Below, one piece after another: positions 22,500 to 35,896 of a stretch of DNA of 64,000 bases. The DNA is from Hyaloraphidium curvatum SAG 235-1 (lineage: Eukaryota; Fungi; Monoblepharomycota). A program made the position numbers and the translations under genes. The stretch covers positions 248,001 through 312,000 of the forward strand of contig JAIVFI010000039.1 in assembly GCA_025558095.1 (NCBI GenBank), given 5' to 3'. The notes below the pieces were generated by a model, which worked only from the letters and a program-made list of their open reading frames with translations, made no database searches and was not told the origin of the DNA. Position 1 is the stretch's first letter; every line of letters begins with the position of its first letter.

Positions 22500-23575
22500 T
22501 CCGTATCTTCAGTGCCGGCCCACATCCCGACCATGACCGTGCGCAAGACGCTCATGTTCGCCGCAGAGTGCCGCATGCCGAGGCACTCGACCAAGGAGGA
22601 GCGCATCGCCCGCGTCGACGACGTCTTTGCCGGCCTCAATCTCACCAACGCGCAGAACACGCCCGTTGGCGACGAGCTCATCCGCGGCGTCTCGTCGGGC
22701 GAGAAGAAGCGCACCATGGTCGCCACGGAGATGATTGCCTGGCCCAAGATGCTGTTCTTGGGGGAGCCGACTTCGTGCGTTCACACCTGCCCTTGGTCTC
22801 GCAAGGAACTCGCTCACCCTGCAGCGGTCTCGACGACCATGGTGCTCGCTTCACCATGGAGCTCGTGCTCAAGTACGTCAAGGCCTTCTTGCAGGTCATC
22901 GTGATCCACCAGCCTGCCGAGTCGGTTTTCAAGCTCTTCGACAACACGCTGCTCATCTGCGGGCGAGGGTCGGACCTGCTACCCCGTCGCCGCCGCCGAG
23001 TCGTATTTTACGACGATGGGCTACCCGACGCTGAGGCTGCAGAACCCGATTGAGCACTACCGTGGGTACCTTGTGGGTACCTCGCCCCCTGATCCGTGCC
23101 TGCTCTTCTGACCCGGAATCCGCAGTCGACGTCATCTCCGCCAACGCCCTCGCCGCCTCGCAGTACTACGAGCGCTCGCCGCTCGCCGCCGCGAACATGG
23201 ACGCGATCCACCGACTCAAGGCGCAGCAGTACGGGTCCGTGCGCTACTCCAGGTACACCGTCGAGCGGCCGTGGTACAACCAGATCGCCCTCGTCGGCCA
23301 CTGCTGCCTGCTGCGCTGCTGGCGCAACCCGTCGACCTCGTGGTGCAGGCCCTTTATGTTCATCGGTCTGCTCTTTGGAGGCCTGTTTTACAACGCGAGC
23401 TTCTACCAAATGCCTCGCGCTCACCTTTACCGTCCATCCAGCTGCAAAACGATGTCCAGGGAATCCTCAACCGCCGTTCATGTGACGTCGACATTCGGTT
23501 CCTTCCCATCTTCGTCGCCCTCGCCGCCGTGCCGCAGTTCTCGGGAACCACGAGCTGTACTTGCCGGAGCATGAA
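22500..23575 (+). pseudogene. Degenerate ABCG/PDR transporter fragment
   Basis: TMTVRKTLMFAA, NTPVGDELIRGVSSGEKKR (mutated signature), LFLGEPTS-GLD (Walker B D to G), IHQP. No Walker A. Frames are broken. Confidence 0.8.
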
Positions 23576-24787
23576 TGCCTGGATGGCACCAGTGCCAACA
23601 ACGTCACGGATAGAAGACCCCGCAGCATCGAGGACGCGGACCAGCCCGAGGACGACTTCTGGGAGGAGACGGTTGCGATAGTGCCCATCCCTCATCTATC
23701 GCACTATCGCAACGGTCACGGTCCTGAGGCTGCACGTGGCGAACTTGAAGGCCAACCTGGAGGAGGTGTGGTCGAGATCGTGAAGACGAAGACGTGGGAG
23801 TTTCTAGGTCTCGTACCTGTACCTGCACGCTCTTTTGTGATACCGGATTCTAATCCGGGCTTTACAAGCGGGCAGATGCTTTGTCCAAGTTTTGTCCGGG
23901 GGCTTGTAACGCTGAGGCCACAAAGCGTGACGGTGTGCGTCGAATCACCCACCACACCATCACATCGGCCCCATCTGCCGGCCGGCAACGGCGATGCGGG
24001 CTCGCAAGAAGCGCAAGAAGGAAGTCTCGGTAGCGCGCTCTCGGTGAGGGCGCTGTCTCGGTGAGCCGGCCTGCTTGGCGGCCGCGGCACGACGTCGGAC
24101 GCCCACTGACCCCCCCACCCCCCTCCCGCACCGGATTCGACCCTCCTCGCCCTCCACGCCCTCGAAAGCGTATTGCCGGCCATTACGCGAGAGCCACATC
24201 CACGACCGGCAACCAAACCCTCCGGCTCACCGAGGAGGTGGGGGACACGGAGGCGCCGTGGACCTGGCTCACTCTTCCCTCTCCTCGACCCTTGCTTCTC
24301 CTTCAGGATCTTACACACCGTTGTCTTTCATCGTGAGTGGCAGCGTTTCGACATCATTGCCCTGTGAGCTGATCCTTCTGTGACCCTGCTCCGACGACAG
24401 TCGACGCGCGGCGTCAAGGCCGACAGCACGACCGCTCTCCATCAAGTTGCGCATCCACAACGCTGTTAAGATCAGCAGTGGAGGTGCACGCGGATGCTCA
24501 AGCTGCTGCTGCCTGCGCCGAGCCGATCTTCACCGATGGGGCCAGGAACTTCATCTAAACATACCTGTCCGCAGGGTAAGCGGCGGCAGCTACGAAAGTG
24601 TGCGCATGTTGACCAGCATTCCTTTTCCTACGATCTCAACGCTGACGGGCCTGATTTTTGATCTGCAAACGGATGATGGCGCTGCGGTGCTATTGTGTGG
24701 CATATGTGTTGCTTGTATGCAAATTACAGTATAGAGCGTCGATCGATTGAGCGTCGATCACACCCACGTCCGTCGTGAGAGATCAAT

Positions 24788-25447
24788 ATGTCTTACTTCC
24801 TGCCCCATCTGGTGCGCTCCGGCCGTCATTCAGCAATGTAGAAGAAAGAGCTGATGTCCCGTTCCCCCTTCCGCGGTCTTTGGCGACACCGTGGCCTTTG
24901 TCTCGGCGTGAAACTCTCGAACCCGTCGAAGCCTTCCGGTTGGCACGTGGACCAGGCGATCTTGAGCGAGGATGACCGCGTGGTCGTGATCCGGTTCGGA
25001 CATGACTGGGACCCGCAGTGCATGATCATGGACGAAACGCTGTACAAGATAGCCGAGAAGGTCAAGAACTTCGCCGTCATCTACCTCGTCGACATCTCCC
25101 AGGTCCCGGATTTCAACAAGATGTACGAGCTCTATGATCCTTGTACCGTCATGTTCTTCTTCAGAAACAAGCACATCAGTGGGGCTCGCGGAGAGAGGCC
25201 ATTTTCAAAGCTGATTGGCACGCTTTCTGCGCAGTGGTGGATCTGGGCACGGGCAACAACAACAAAGTCAACTGGCCCATGGAGGACCAGCAGGAAATGA
25301 TCGACCTCATCGAGGTCGTCTTCCAGGGGGCGCGGAAGGGGCGCGGTCTGGTCGTCAGTCCGAAGGACTACTCGACAAAGTACAAGGTGGGCAGTTGGAT
25401 CGTCCCGTCCGAATGCCACATCAACTCACACGAATGTCCAGTACTGA
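24788..25447 (+). CDS. DIB1: U5 snRNP thioredoxin-like protein Dib1/Dim1/TXNL4A, three introns
   Basis: MSYFLPHL...WHVDQAILSEDDRVVVIRFGHDWD...DLGTGNNNK...GARKGRGLVVSPKDYSTKYKY. Confidence 0.97.
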
Positions 25448-25635
25448 GCAACCTCCGAGCTGGCGGCAATACCCGTTTTTGCTTTGCTACCCGATACCGC
25501 TCTGTCATGTTTTCTCGTTGTCTACAACATTCACGGGAGGGCGGCGTAAGACGCCCTTGAAACCGTCACCACAGACTTGCATGTCCGTAGCAAGAAGCCG
25601 TTGAAATGGCAGTGTCTGTGTTATGGCTGGAAACC

Positions 25636-25675
25636 TGGGGGGGGGGGGGGGGGGCGGCGGGGGGGGGCGGGGGGC
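25636..25675 (+). repeat. Poly-G tract (G-quadruplex potential)
   Basis: A long G run followed by CGGC and further G runs, in the intergenic region. Confidence 0.7.
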
Positions 25676-25797
25676 TCTTTGTCAGCCGTTCCCGCCGCCT
25701 ATCATCAGCAGCGCTTGAGCAGCGCTGTCCCGCGCCCATTATCGTGTACTGAAGCAGATCCCGGGGAATGGAATGAAAAGCCCGTCGCTGGACTAAG

Positions 25798-26791
25798 ATG
25801 GACTATCTCACGGCGGAAGCCTACAGCCTGTTCGCGCCCCGTCGGGCCTACGAGCCTTCGCGGATATTTGTGACTTGCGAACACGCAAGTATGCGGTTGC
25901 CCGAGCCTTATCGATGGACAGCGGGGGACCTCTCGAGTGGCGTCATCGGCACTCACTGGAGTGTGGACATCGGAGCGGAACGCTTGTCGAGGGACCTTTC
26001 GGAGCGACTAGGCTGCCGCGGAATCGCGGCTCGCTTCTGCCGCCTATTCTGCGATGCCAATCGTGCGATAGGCGAGGACACAATGTTTCGCACGAGCGTC
26101 GAGGAGGGGAAGATTCCAATCGGAATCAACCAGGTCGAGAGCATACCCACGAAGCTGGCTTCCGGAGAAGCTGACACAGGCTGTCACCCTCGCCAACAGA
26201 ACCTGACAGAGGAGGAAACCCGCCGCAGGCTGGCCCTCTACTACGAGCCGTACCACAACGAGATTTGCCTCTATGTCGACTCGACGGCGGAACCGATCGA
26301 CTTTGTCTTTTCAATCCACTCCTTCACCCCTGTTTACGAAGGCCAGGTGCGAAAGGTCGAGGTCGGCGTTCTCTACAGGGACCCTATCGACGAACCTCTC
26401 GCCATGAAGGTGGACAGCGCTTCATGGTCAGGTGCCTCAATTGATCCTGAGCTACCACGAATCCAGATGAACGACCTTTTGCTGCGCAAAGGCTTTGTCT
26501 CGCGCATCAATGAGCCCTGGTGCGTGGACAGCGATCGGCGCGCACGCTACCTTCCTTAACTCGACGCCAAGGTCTGGGATGACCGCCCTCGCCGATTCTT
26601 CGACCGTTCACGCCCGAGCGAAGCGCGTTTCCAACGGTTCGCCGAACCTCGCGCGTTCGCTCCTCCTCGAGGTCAGGCAAGATCTGGTCATCAAGGATGA
26701 TTTCCGAGCGAAGCTCGTCGAGACATTGGCTGAAGTGCTGCTTGATCCCGCGGAGAAGCTTGTTGGGCAACCTCCCTCCCAACGCCTCTGA
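25798..26791 (+). CDS. N-formylglutamate amidohydrolase family protein (bacterial type), spliced
   Basis: VTCEHAS, HWSVDIGA, RLFCDANR, YYEPYH, SIHSFTP, LLEVRQDL. Confidence 0.88.
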
Positions 26792-26957
26792 GCTACTTGG
26801 TCCATGTTTAGATTCTTATTCGAGCCTAGATTCAATATAGAGAGTTTGAAGAAAGAGTTTGAAGGGAAGGTGGAAGGGGCGGGGAGAGGTTTGCGGTGTC
26901 TCCCTTTGCATGCAGCTGCCTTTGCAGCCAACTCGCACGCGGACGTCCGCTGCCTCG

Positions 26958-27350
26958 ATGGCAGCGCCGGACCCCTACGCGCGCCCCGGGCGCACGGTGG
27001 ACCTTGTAGGACGGCACGCCATGCCCGAACTGGGCCCGCTGTTCCGCATGAACATCAGCCGCGTGACCTACGAGCCGGGCGTCTCATTTCCGCCCCATAT
27101 CCATACGCATAGCACGTACAACACGGTGCTGTCGGGGGAGATTACTATCGCTGTCGACCCGCCCGACTCGCCCGGCACCAGCGAACGCGTGTACCGCGCC
27201 GGGGAGAGTTGGATCGAGCCCGCGGGCCACGTGCACCGGGTGACGAGGAACGACGGCAAAACGAATGCTGTTTGGCTCGTTCATGCCGTGATTGAGGAAG
27301 GAACGGTGGCCTTTTTCGTGCCGGGGGATCCGGTGCCGTCGAAGCTGTGA
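26958..27350 (+). CDS. Cupin-domain protein
   Basis: PPHIH...VLSGEI...YRAGESWIEPAGHVH...N motifs. Intronless. Confidence 0.8.
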   Translation: MAAPDPYARPGRTVDLVGRHAMPELGPLFRMNISRVTYEPGVSFPPHIHTHSTYNTVLSGEITIAVDPPDSPGTSERVYRAGESWIEPAGHVHRVTRNDGKTNAVWLVHAVIEEGTVAFFVPGDPVPSKL

Positions 27351-28057
27351 TTGCTTGGTTCCTCCTTCTCCGCCTCCGACCGCAGCTAGGATGCAGCGCG
27401 TTGAATCAGAAGACAATAGTTGAGGAAATGGTGTCGACGAGAGAGCTTTAATGGCGGATGCTGCCTCATTGATGTCCGATTGGCTCCATCGCCAGTGACT
27501 GCCCACACCAGTTGTCTTCGCACCGGCTCGGAAACCAACTGATCGATAGAAATGCACGCAGCATTTGCAGTATGACGACCTGGCAAAGCAATCTTTGCCC
27601 AGAATATTGTTGTGGGAATCCTTCCTCCTTGATCGTGGTTGTTGACTGCGCCGCGGCGTCGGCCACCTGATTTCCCCGCACGACGGCTTCGGGCCCGATC
27701 AAGCTCGGGTTTGCTGGAAGCCAGACACTTCGCGCTTCTTGTTCGGCGGGGGCTTCGTTCAATGCAAGTACCGCACTGGCGAAATCGGATCGCGTTCGAT
27801 CCGCCCTTGCTGACGTATTGGCTGGAGATTGACCCGCGACCGACGCGCGCAATGCCGCCCACTCCGCGATCAACGCGCTTGACCTCTTGAAGGCAAGCGG
27901 ATTTGGCCGCTGAACAGCGAGCGTGTCCTCGGGGGAAACGGAACCGAACGCCGCGCGGACGCGGATCCTCTCCTGTTCCCGATCCCCCGAACCCCCGCAC
28001 GCTCGGCTCCCCCGCGACCAGCGCGCAGCACTCTGAATCCCTCGCGGCCGCGTTGAG

Positions 28058-29013
28058 ATGTCCAAAGCCGCGGAAGCCAAGGCCGCTGAGGCCGCGGCGG
28101 CAACGGGCGGGCAGCCGGTCCAGTACCGGGCAATCCAGGAGCCGCTGCAGGTCCAGGAGCCGGACTACAGCAAAGGCGGATGGTTTGGTGCCCTCTCGCC
28201 ACCGCCATGAACCGCGTCTGACGTTCTTTTGCTCCGCTATGGCACTGCAGGCTCGTCAAGACGGCCCGCGGGAACCCGAACCGCCTCATCTTGAACTTCG
28301 AGTCCGACGTCTGGTGCGGGGAGTCAAAGGGCCTGTACGACAAGTCCCTCCCCGCGGAGCTCGCCGTCCGAGGAGTCACCGCGGACGAATGGGGCCGCTT
28401 CATGACCTCCATGAGCGAGATACAGGCAGGTCCCAACCCGGGGGCCACTCGCTCCCCGAGCTCACGCCGGCATTCCAGAGCAAGCGGATCACCATCACCA
28501 CCGGGCTGATTTGCGGTATCCTGCTCCTCCCGTTGCCTTGGGTCTGCGCGTCCGAGGGAAGCTACCACAAGAAGCTGGGCATGTGGCTGCAGACGCTCAA
28601 CGAGGAAGTGCTGGAGCCCAAGGGGTGTTACGCCAAGCTGCAGACCAACAACGAGACGATCCAGACCGGCCCGAACCAGGTACGACGGCGCGGTGCTTGC
28701 TCGATAGGCTGCTAATGTTTCCTTGGCAGACATACTCCGAATCAGTCAGCTGGTAAGCCCGGTAAGCCAACGCCTGCCGTCTCTCGTGGCTCATGGCACC
28801 GTTCCAGGATGGCGATTGCCCTGACGCCTCAGGAATCCGAGGCCCTCCGCCAGGAACCTATATTCTGTGAGTCGCGGCTCGGGGCCGTGCTTGATCGGTC
28901 CTGACAAGTCGGTCTCCGATCCTCCAGGGACCCCGCAGTGCTGCAGCGACAGGATGGAGGCGGACTGCTGCATGTCTGGGGCATGCTGCTGCGGGACGCC
29001 GTGCGTCGTCTAA
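28058..29013 (+). CDS. Erf4/Golgin-A7-like small membrane protein with a Cys-rich tail, spliced
   Basis: Exons give LPAELAVRGVTADEWGRFMTSM, a hydrophobic segment, WLQTLNEEVLEPKG and C-terminal CCSDRMEADCCMSGACCCGTPCVV. Confidence 0.55.
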
Positions 29014-29270
29014 GGACACAGAGTCAGAGGAGATGGGGGGGTTTCTGTCGCGGTACGCTCCGAGAGCAAAAGTACATGGCGCGAAACTCCCCAACTTATT
29101 CAGCAGCAGTCCGATGCTCTTTGAAGGCGCTCTGCGGCTTCCGCTCCATGAGGGACCCACCCGATCGCGCATTTGGGACGCGGGCGGAATTGGCAGGCTG
29201 GTGACGACCCCTCCGCCCAAACGGAGCGAACAACGCAAAGCCGACTCACCCTTTGGGTCTCCGGGTCGGC

Positions 29271-30311
29271 ATGCTGGAGGCGCTCCCGGCCTCGCCGGTG
29301 CCGCGCCATGCCGGCCGCGGGGTCGCGGCGGTGCCGGGGCCCGCCCGGCTGCCGTCGCCCCCGCCGTCCCCGCGGACGCGCAAACATCGGACCGCCGCGC
29401 CCCGCGCGCCCTCCCCGCCGGCGGCGGCGCGCATCGCTTTCCAGCCGCGCGACCTGCGCCTGCTGCTCACTCCGCCGCTGTCGCCCGCCGAGCCGCCGTC
29501 GCAGCCGGCGGACTGGCCACGTCACCCGCCGCCCCCGCGCGGCACGCCGCTGCCCCGCTCCGCGCCGCCGCGCCCGGCGTCCCCGCTCAACGCGCACGCC
29601 GCGCACCTCCGGACAATGCGGGCGGCCCTGTCGGGCGAACTGCCCAGGGTGCTGCCGTCGCGCAACCCGCACCTGGCACGGCTGGTGCCGCGCCGCACAG
29701 CGCCCCCGCCGCCCCGCGAAGACTCGTTCGAGGACGACTCGGTCGCCGTGTGGTGGGTCACGCCCGTGGCCGCAGCCCCCGGCGCGGAGGACGCCGACCC
29801 GCCGGACCTGCGCCGCTGGCTGGCCGGCAAGCGGACGTTCGACCCGCGGCTGCGGCGCCGCAGGGAGCCGGGCATCTCGCCGCTGCGGCTGGAGCTGCTG
29901 CCCGACCCGGCCAGTCCCCCGCCGCCGCCCGCCCCGCTGCGCCGCCGCAAGCTGCCGTCGCTGGGCTCGATGCCAGCGCTCGTGGTGCCGCTCGCACCCG
30001 CCCCACTTCGCCCGCGGATGCGCACGCCCTCGCTCCCCTCGCTCCTCATCCGCCTGCCCTCGCCGCCGGCAGACGCGCTCGTCGCCGTCCTGCCCGCGGA
30101 TGACTCGGACTCGGACCAGGAGCTGCCTCGCTCCCCGTCGCCCCCACAGGACGAGCTGCTTGCGGCGCCCGAACCGGGCAGGCGGCACGCGAGGCGCCAC
30201 TCGGACTCCATCGTCAGGAGGCTGGAGGAAGAGGAGCGGATGGCGACGGCCGCCGATGGCGGCGAGGTGTCGGCGGTCGACGAGCACTTCAGGAGGTCCT
30301 GGTGGGCCTGA
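29271..30311 (+). CDS. Proline-rich hypothetical protein
   Basis: GC3-biased ORF with an ATG at 29271. No domain recognised. Confidence 0.5.
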   Translation: MLEALPASPVPRHAGRGVAAVPGPARLPSPPPSPRTRKHRTAAPRAPSPPAAARIAFQPRDLRLLLTPPLSPAEPPSQPADWPRHPPPPRGTPLPRSAPPRPASPLNAHAAHLRTMRAALSGELPRVLPSRNPHLARLVPRRTAPPPPREDSFEDDSVAVWWVTPVAAAPGAEDADPPDLRRWLAGKRTFDPRLRRRREPGISPLRLELLPDPASPPPPPAPLRRRKLPSLGSMPALVVPLAPAPLRPRMRTPSLPSLLIRLPSPPADALVAVLPADDSDSDQELPRSPSPPQDELLAAPEPGRRHARRHSDSIVRRLEEEERMATAADGGEVSAVDEHFRRSWWA

Positions 30312-31475
30312 CCGGTGCGGGGCGGGTGCCCCACGGAAAGCGCTTTTGCACGGTATACTACGTCGCACAATGTATTGATGAATGTAGTTGAAGATGTCTC
30401 TGGCACCTTGGCACGAGTTCCGCTGCTCCGAGGCCTGCGCGGCCTGCCGGAGGATCGACCGCGTCGGTACTGCCTTGCGCGGGTATGCTGGGGCTGGACC
30501 ACCCATCGGCGGCCATTTCTCGCCGCCAAAACCGGTCGATTGACTCAACTTCCACCCGCAGAGCTATCTTTGGGATTGCGCGATCTGGCCGACCGCCCCG
30601 ACGACGAAGGCCCGCGGGGGAGGCCTGGAACAGCACGCCCAACCCATCGCGGCCGTCCGCCGGGTCCTGCATGTACTAGTGAGATTCTGATTGCCCGAAA
30701 GCATTTTAGGCCTGATTTTGGCGTGCCATGCAACGAGGACCGCTCCGTCGGCCTGGGAAGGGGGACGGGAAATCAGTCAATCAACATCGAACGATGCGGC
30801 ACCAGCCCGCCAGGCAAGAAATCGGATCGCGTCCGGGCGAGAAAGCTGGCCACGTGGGAGTCGGAGTATTCGGGGCCGGTCTTATGGGGCGGATGCCATC
30901 CGCTCTCCGGTGCCCCGAGAAGGCCGCACTAGGGGCAACGGGGTCCGGGGCGCTTCGCCGCTTCGGCCCGCTGCCATGGCGTCCAACCAGGGCAATTCCA
31001 TTTGCAGAAATTGCGCGAGGCCTTGGAACGTGCACAAACGCCGGGTTCTGGGCTCTCTTGTTTGGCGCCGCCGGGAAGGTTCTGCGGGAAAGCGGGGGTC
31101 AGCCACCCGGTGACGCGGCCGGGATCTATAGGGAGCGAGAAGAGTCCCCCCAAACGCTGCCATTTCTGCACATAGGGCGCCGGGCGACCCGGATACTGTT
31201 CTGATCCGGCTTCGGCAACGTTTCCGGGTGTCATTGGCCGCCGGATTCTGTTCTCGTGGGCTCCGACGTGAACGTTCTTGACGGAACTCTAGGGGGGGAC
31301 TGTTCCATGGAATGGTCCCTTCCCGGTTTCGACGCCCGGACTTCGGGCGCATTCCGCCAGAAAGTCTCACCAGAGCGAAGCATATCTGCCGGAGGACTCC
31401 ACCCCGCCGGCAGAGCTGCGTTCGCGGGTGTGCCACGGCCGACGCTGCGCGCCCGGCCGCTGCGGGAGCCGCTTG

Positions 31476-33030
31476 ATGCCCGGGGACGCTCACGAGCCCC
31501 AACGCCCGCCCGCCGTCTCGCCGCCGCCGCCGCTGCCGCCATTGTCGCCGCCCGCCGCGCCAGCCGCGGCCCCTCCGCCCGCCCCGCCCGCCATGGCCGC
31601 CGACGTCGCCCGCGCGCGCGGCCCGCCGATCCCCGCCCCGCGCGGCCGTGCTGCCACGCTGCACCGCGTGCTGCGGCCCGCCGACGATGCTCCGGGCCGC
31701 CTGCGATCGCCGACGCGGTCGCCGGTGTCGGGCTCGGGCGATGAGTCGTCCGGCACCCCGCCCACCGACCCCGACCGCAAGAGGCCCGCACGTGCGGTCG
31801 CACGGCAGCGGAACATGTCGGTATCGTCCGAGGACGACGATCAGGCCGCAGAGAGCGGGCACAACGACGACGGGGACAAGCCCTACGTGTGCACGACCTG
31901 CAACTACACGGTGGGCCCCCCAATCCGCCCCATCCGCCCGTTTCAGTGCTCTGACAAACGTCTACGATACGCAGTTTACGAGAAAGCACGACCGCGATCG
32001 CCATGTGCGCAGGCACGAAGGCTCCAACCCGTACACGTGTCCGGATTGTGGGGAGGTACGTTGGGGGCGGCCTGATGGCTCGTTGCGCGACCCAAACTCA
32101 CATACCGCCGCTTTCTCCTCCCTTCTTATCTCACAGGGATTCTACCGCTCCGACACGCTCGCACGGCACCAACGCTCCGATCGGGGGCGTCTCTCCTGCC
32201 AGCTGCGCCGGCAGATGAACGGCCTCCAGCCAGGCCAGGCCGCCGTCCCTTCGCGCAACTCCTTGCCATCGGGGAGCCCGAGACAGCAGCACATTCCGCC
32301 GACCCAGCGCTCGCCCGGACAGCCCGCACCCCTGACCCCCGCGAGCTGGGAGCAGCACCCCGAGGTGCCGTACATGGACGTGCAGCGGTACCCTTCGGCC
32401 CCCGAGTATCGGCCCGCACCACCTTTGTCTGCTGCCTCGGACGCTCCCCGCGTCCCATACCCGTCCTCGGGCTATTGGGCAGGCGGCTACTACGTTGCCA
32501 TGGACGATCCCATGTGGCGTTCGGGCTACGAGTACGGCCTCAGCCGCGCACGCGACTCGTTCTCTCAGGCCTCGCCTCCGGCCCACAGCCCGCCTCAACA
32601 AGCCGCATCTACTCAAGGATACCATCAGCGACAGCCTTCCAGCCACCAGATCGCACAGTCGCCCCAAGCCCAACACGCACCGCAGCTCCCGGCCGTGCAG
32701 AGAAACGTCTCCTCCGGCACGTTCCGGACGGATGTGGGCTCATACCCGACCCCGGACAGCATCGGAGAATGGCGGCCTCCGAGCGAGCGTCCGGGCCAAT
32801 CGTGGTACGACCAGACGTCGTCCTACCGCCCGCCGTACGACCTCTCGCGGCAGTACGATCCGGCGCGGTTCCCCTTCCCGAACCCGGAGCCAAGCACCAC
32901 CTATCCCCCGCAGTATTATTCGGGAGGGTACTATCCTGCCCCGCCGCCGCCGCCGGCTTCGGCAGACCCCGAGAACGGAAATCGGCTGCCCCCGGTCAGG
33001 GACTTGATGGAACGCAGCACACAAGGTTAG
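31476..33030 (+). CDS. C2H2 zinc-finger transcription factor (two fingers), spliced
   Basis: KPYVCTTCNYT-FTRKHDRDRHVRRH and PYTCPDCGE-GFYRSDTLARH. Pro/Ser/Gln-rich tail. Confidence 0.85.
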
Positions 33031-33298
33031 GAAGCTTGGGCATGGGTGCGGGGCAGCCGCCTGGAGTTGGAGTCTTGGAATTGGACACTCGGAATTGGAC
33101 ACTTGCCTGTAAATATTCTTCAATGGAGTTCCTTCTTCACGTGCTGTACTGAACGCACGGACGGTCCGCCTTCTCATGAAAATGAGCGAAAGAGTTTAGA
33201 CAATCATTCCCCGACAGCGCGCAAGCGCGGGAAACTTTATTGATGCAACAAAGAAAGAATGGGTCGTCAATCAGCAACGCCCCGGTTGGACATGACCC

Positions 33299-35896
33299 TC
33301 AGGCCGAGTCGTCCTTGGCGTCGGTCTCGTCGGGGACCTTCTGCGCAGCCTCCTCCTTCTCCACGGGACTGGCCTTCTTCTCGCCCTCGCGCTTCTTGCG
33401 CAGGTGCTCCTCCAGCACCGTCACGGCCTCGGTAACCTTGAGCTTGAGCTCCTCGGGGGTCTCGAGCAGGTGGAGCAGCTCGGTGTTGTCCATCTCGAGC
33501 AGCATGCCCGTGACCTTGCCAGCGTAGTTGCCGGTCTGCGCCGCAATCTGCGGGAACCTGGAAGCGACATTGGTCAAAACCGACTCCGTTGATGAACCCC
33601 GGAAAGGCACGAGACGTACAGAGCTTCGCCGAGGGTCCTCTTCTGCTCAGCAGGCGGCATGCTGGCCAGGATGCCGGCGGTGAGCTGGGGCCTGGCGGCA
33701 GGAGCGCCGGCGGGAGCACCGCCCGGCGCGGGAGCGCCACCGGGAGCGGGGGCATTCCTGGCCTGCGGGGTGTACTTGTACCCGGCGCGGGCCACGGCCG
33801 GCGGGCGAGCGCCTTGCGGGGGCATGGCGACTCCACCGGGAGCCATGGACATGCCAGGCTGCGCGGGGAGACCGTTGGGGCCGACCATCGGGGCACCGGG
33901 GCGCTGACCGGGGATCGGCGCGGGACCGCCAACCATGCCGGGCTGGCCAGGCATAGGAGCCATCATCCCGGGCATGCCCGGCTGGCCAGGCATCATGCCC
34001 TGAGGGCCAGGCATCCCGGCCATGGGGCCAGCCGGAGCACCGGGGCGGGCACCAGTGACACCAGGCTGGCCAGGCATCACCTGACCCTGCGGAACCGGCC
34101 CACCCATGGGCGCCGGTCCGCCGGGGCCCTGCTGACGGGGCTGGCGAGGCGGCCTGGGCATCCCCTGCATCGGAGGCCCACCGGGCATTCCCGCGTAAGG
34201 CTGCCCAGGCATCATCGGGCCGCCGGGGTAGCCCTGCGGGCCGCCCGCAGCGCCAGGCTGGCCGGGCTGGGGAACCCATGCGCGAGGCCGAGCCATCATC
34301 TGCTGAGGGAAGAAGACGTTGGGCCTCGGGCCGCCGGGGAAGCCGTACATGGGGGCTCCGGGGTACATCATGCCGGGCATGGGACCCTGGGGCATGCCCT
34401 GCGACAGCAAGCGGTGTCAGTTTGGGCAAGCTTTGGCAACTCGCGGCAACCGACCTGCATTCCCATCGGCATTCCGGGCATTCCGGGCATGACCATGGCC
34501 CTGGCGCGGAGCTGGGCCTCGAGCTGCGCCTTGCGGACCTCCTTGCGCTGGGCGAGCGCGACGTACACGGGCTTGCCCCCGATCATCTTGCCGTTCATCT
34601 CGCTCACGGCCTTGGTCGCCTCGTCGGGGCTCGAGAAGCACACGAAGCCGAAGCCCTTGGAAACGTTGGTCTTCTCGTCCCGCATGATCTTGGCCGAGGT
34701 GATGGTGCCGAAAGCAGCAAACTCGGTACGCAGCTTCTCGTCGTCGACGCCGTCGTCGAGGTTCTTGACGTACAGGTTGACGCCCTGGTACTTGTTGAGC
34801 TTCTCCTCGCGCATGGCCTGGTACTGCCTCTTGAGCTCGTCCTCGCGCTCCGACTTCTTCTGCGCGCGCGAGACAAAGATCTTCTTGCCAGCGATCTCCT
34901 TGTCGTTCATCTCCTCGACGGCCTTCTGGGCCGCCTCGTGCCCCTCGAAGTTGACGAAGCCAAAGCCGCGCGACCTGCCCTCGGCGTCCTTCTGCACGAT
35001 GAGGCTCGTGATGGTGCCGAAAGGCTCGAAGAGCTTCCTCAGCTCCTCGTCGTCAACGCTCTCGTCCAGGTTCTTGACGAAAACGTTCGTGAACTTGGCC
35101 TTCAGCTCGTTGATGTTGGCGAGCCGCTCGCGCTTGGGCACGTGGAAGCCGACGTAGACCTTGCGGTCGTTCAGCAGCATACCGTTGACGTGCTTGATGG
35201 CGTTCTCGGCGGCCTCCTGAGTCTCGTAGTGGACGAAACCGTACCCCTTGGAGACGCCGTCCTCCATGGCGACCTTGCACGACAGGATGTTGCCGAAGGC
35301 CGTGAAGGTGTCGTGGAGCGCCTTGTTGTCGATCGAGGGGTCCAGGTTCTTGATGAAGATGTTGCCTTGCCCCGACTTGCGGAGCGACGGGTCACGCTGC
35401 GACCACATGATGCGGATCGGGCGGTCCTTCATCGAGGTGTAGTTGAGCTGCTCCAGCGCGCGCTGGCCTAAAGCAAGGACGAAAATAAGCCACACTATCG
35501 CAGACGCCGTCGCCAAGAGACGCTCACAATCAGCGACGTTGTGGAAGTTGACGTAGGCGTAGCCGAGGGAGCGACGGGTAACGGCGTCCCTGCAGACACG
35601 AATGCTCGCAACGGGGCCGACCATGTTGAACAGCTCGAAGAGCTGGGCTTCGGTGACCGACGGGTCGAGCTCGCCGACGTAGAGCGAGGCATTCTGTCCG
35701 GGCGGCGGAGCGTTGATGCTCGAGGCCGGGGCAGCGGCGGCAGCATCCTTGGCGACGGCAGGCTGTGGACTCTCGTTAGCACAAGGACCAGCGACGGAGC
35801 AGCGCGCATGCGAACCTCGGGGGACCCGTTCGCAACGCCGTTGGCGACGGCGGCGGCAGGGGGCGAGCCCGGCTGAGTTGCAGCTGCAGCAGACAT
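33299..35896 (-). CDS. PAB1: Cytoplasmic poly(A)-binding protein
   Basis: Four RRMs ([38 protein letters not shown]), a Pro/Gly/Met linker and an MLLE domain ([19 protein letters not shown]). Confidence 0.98.
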
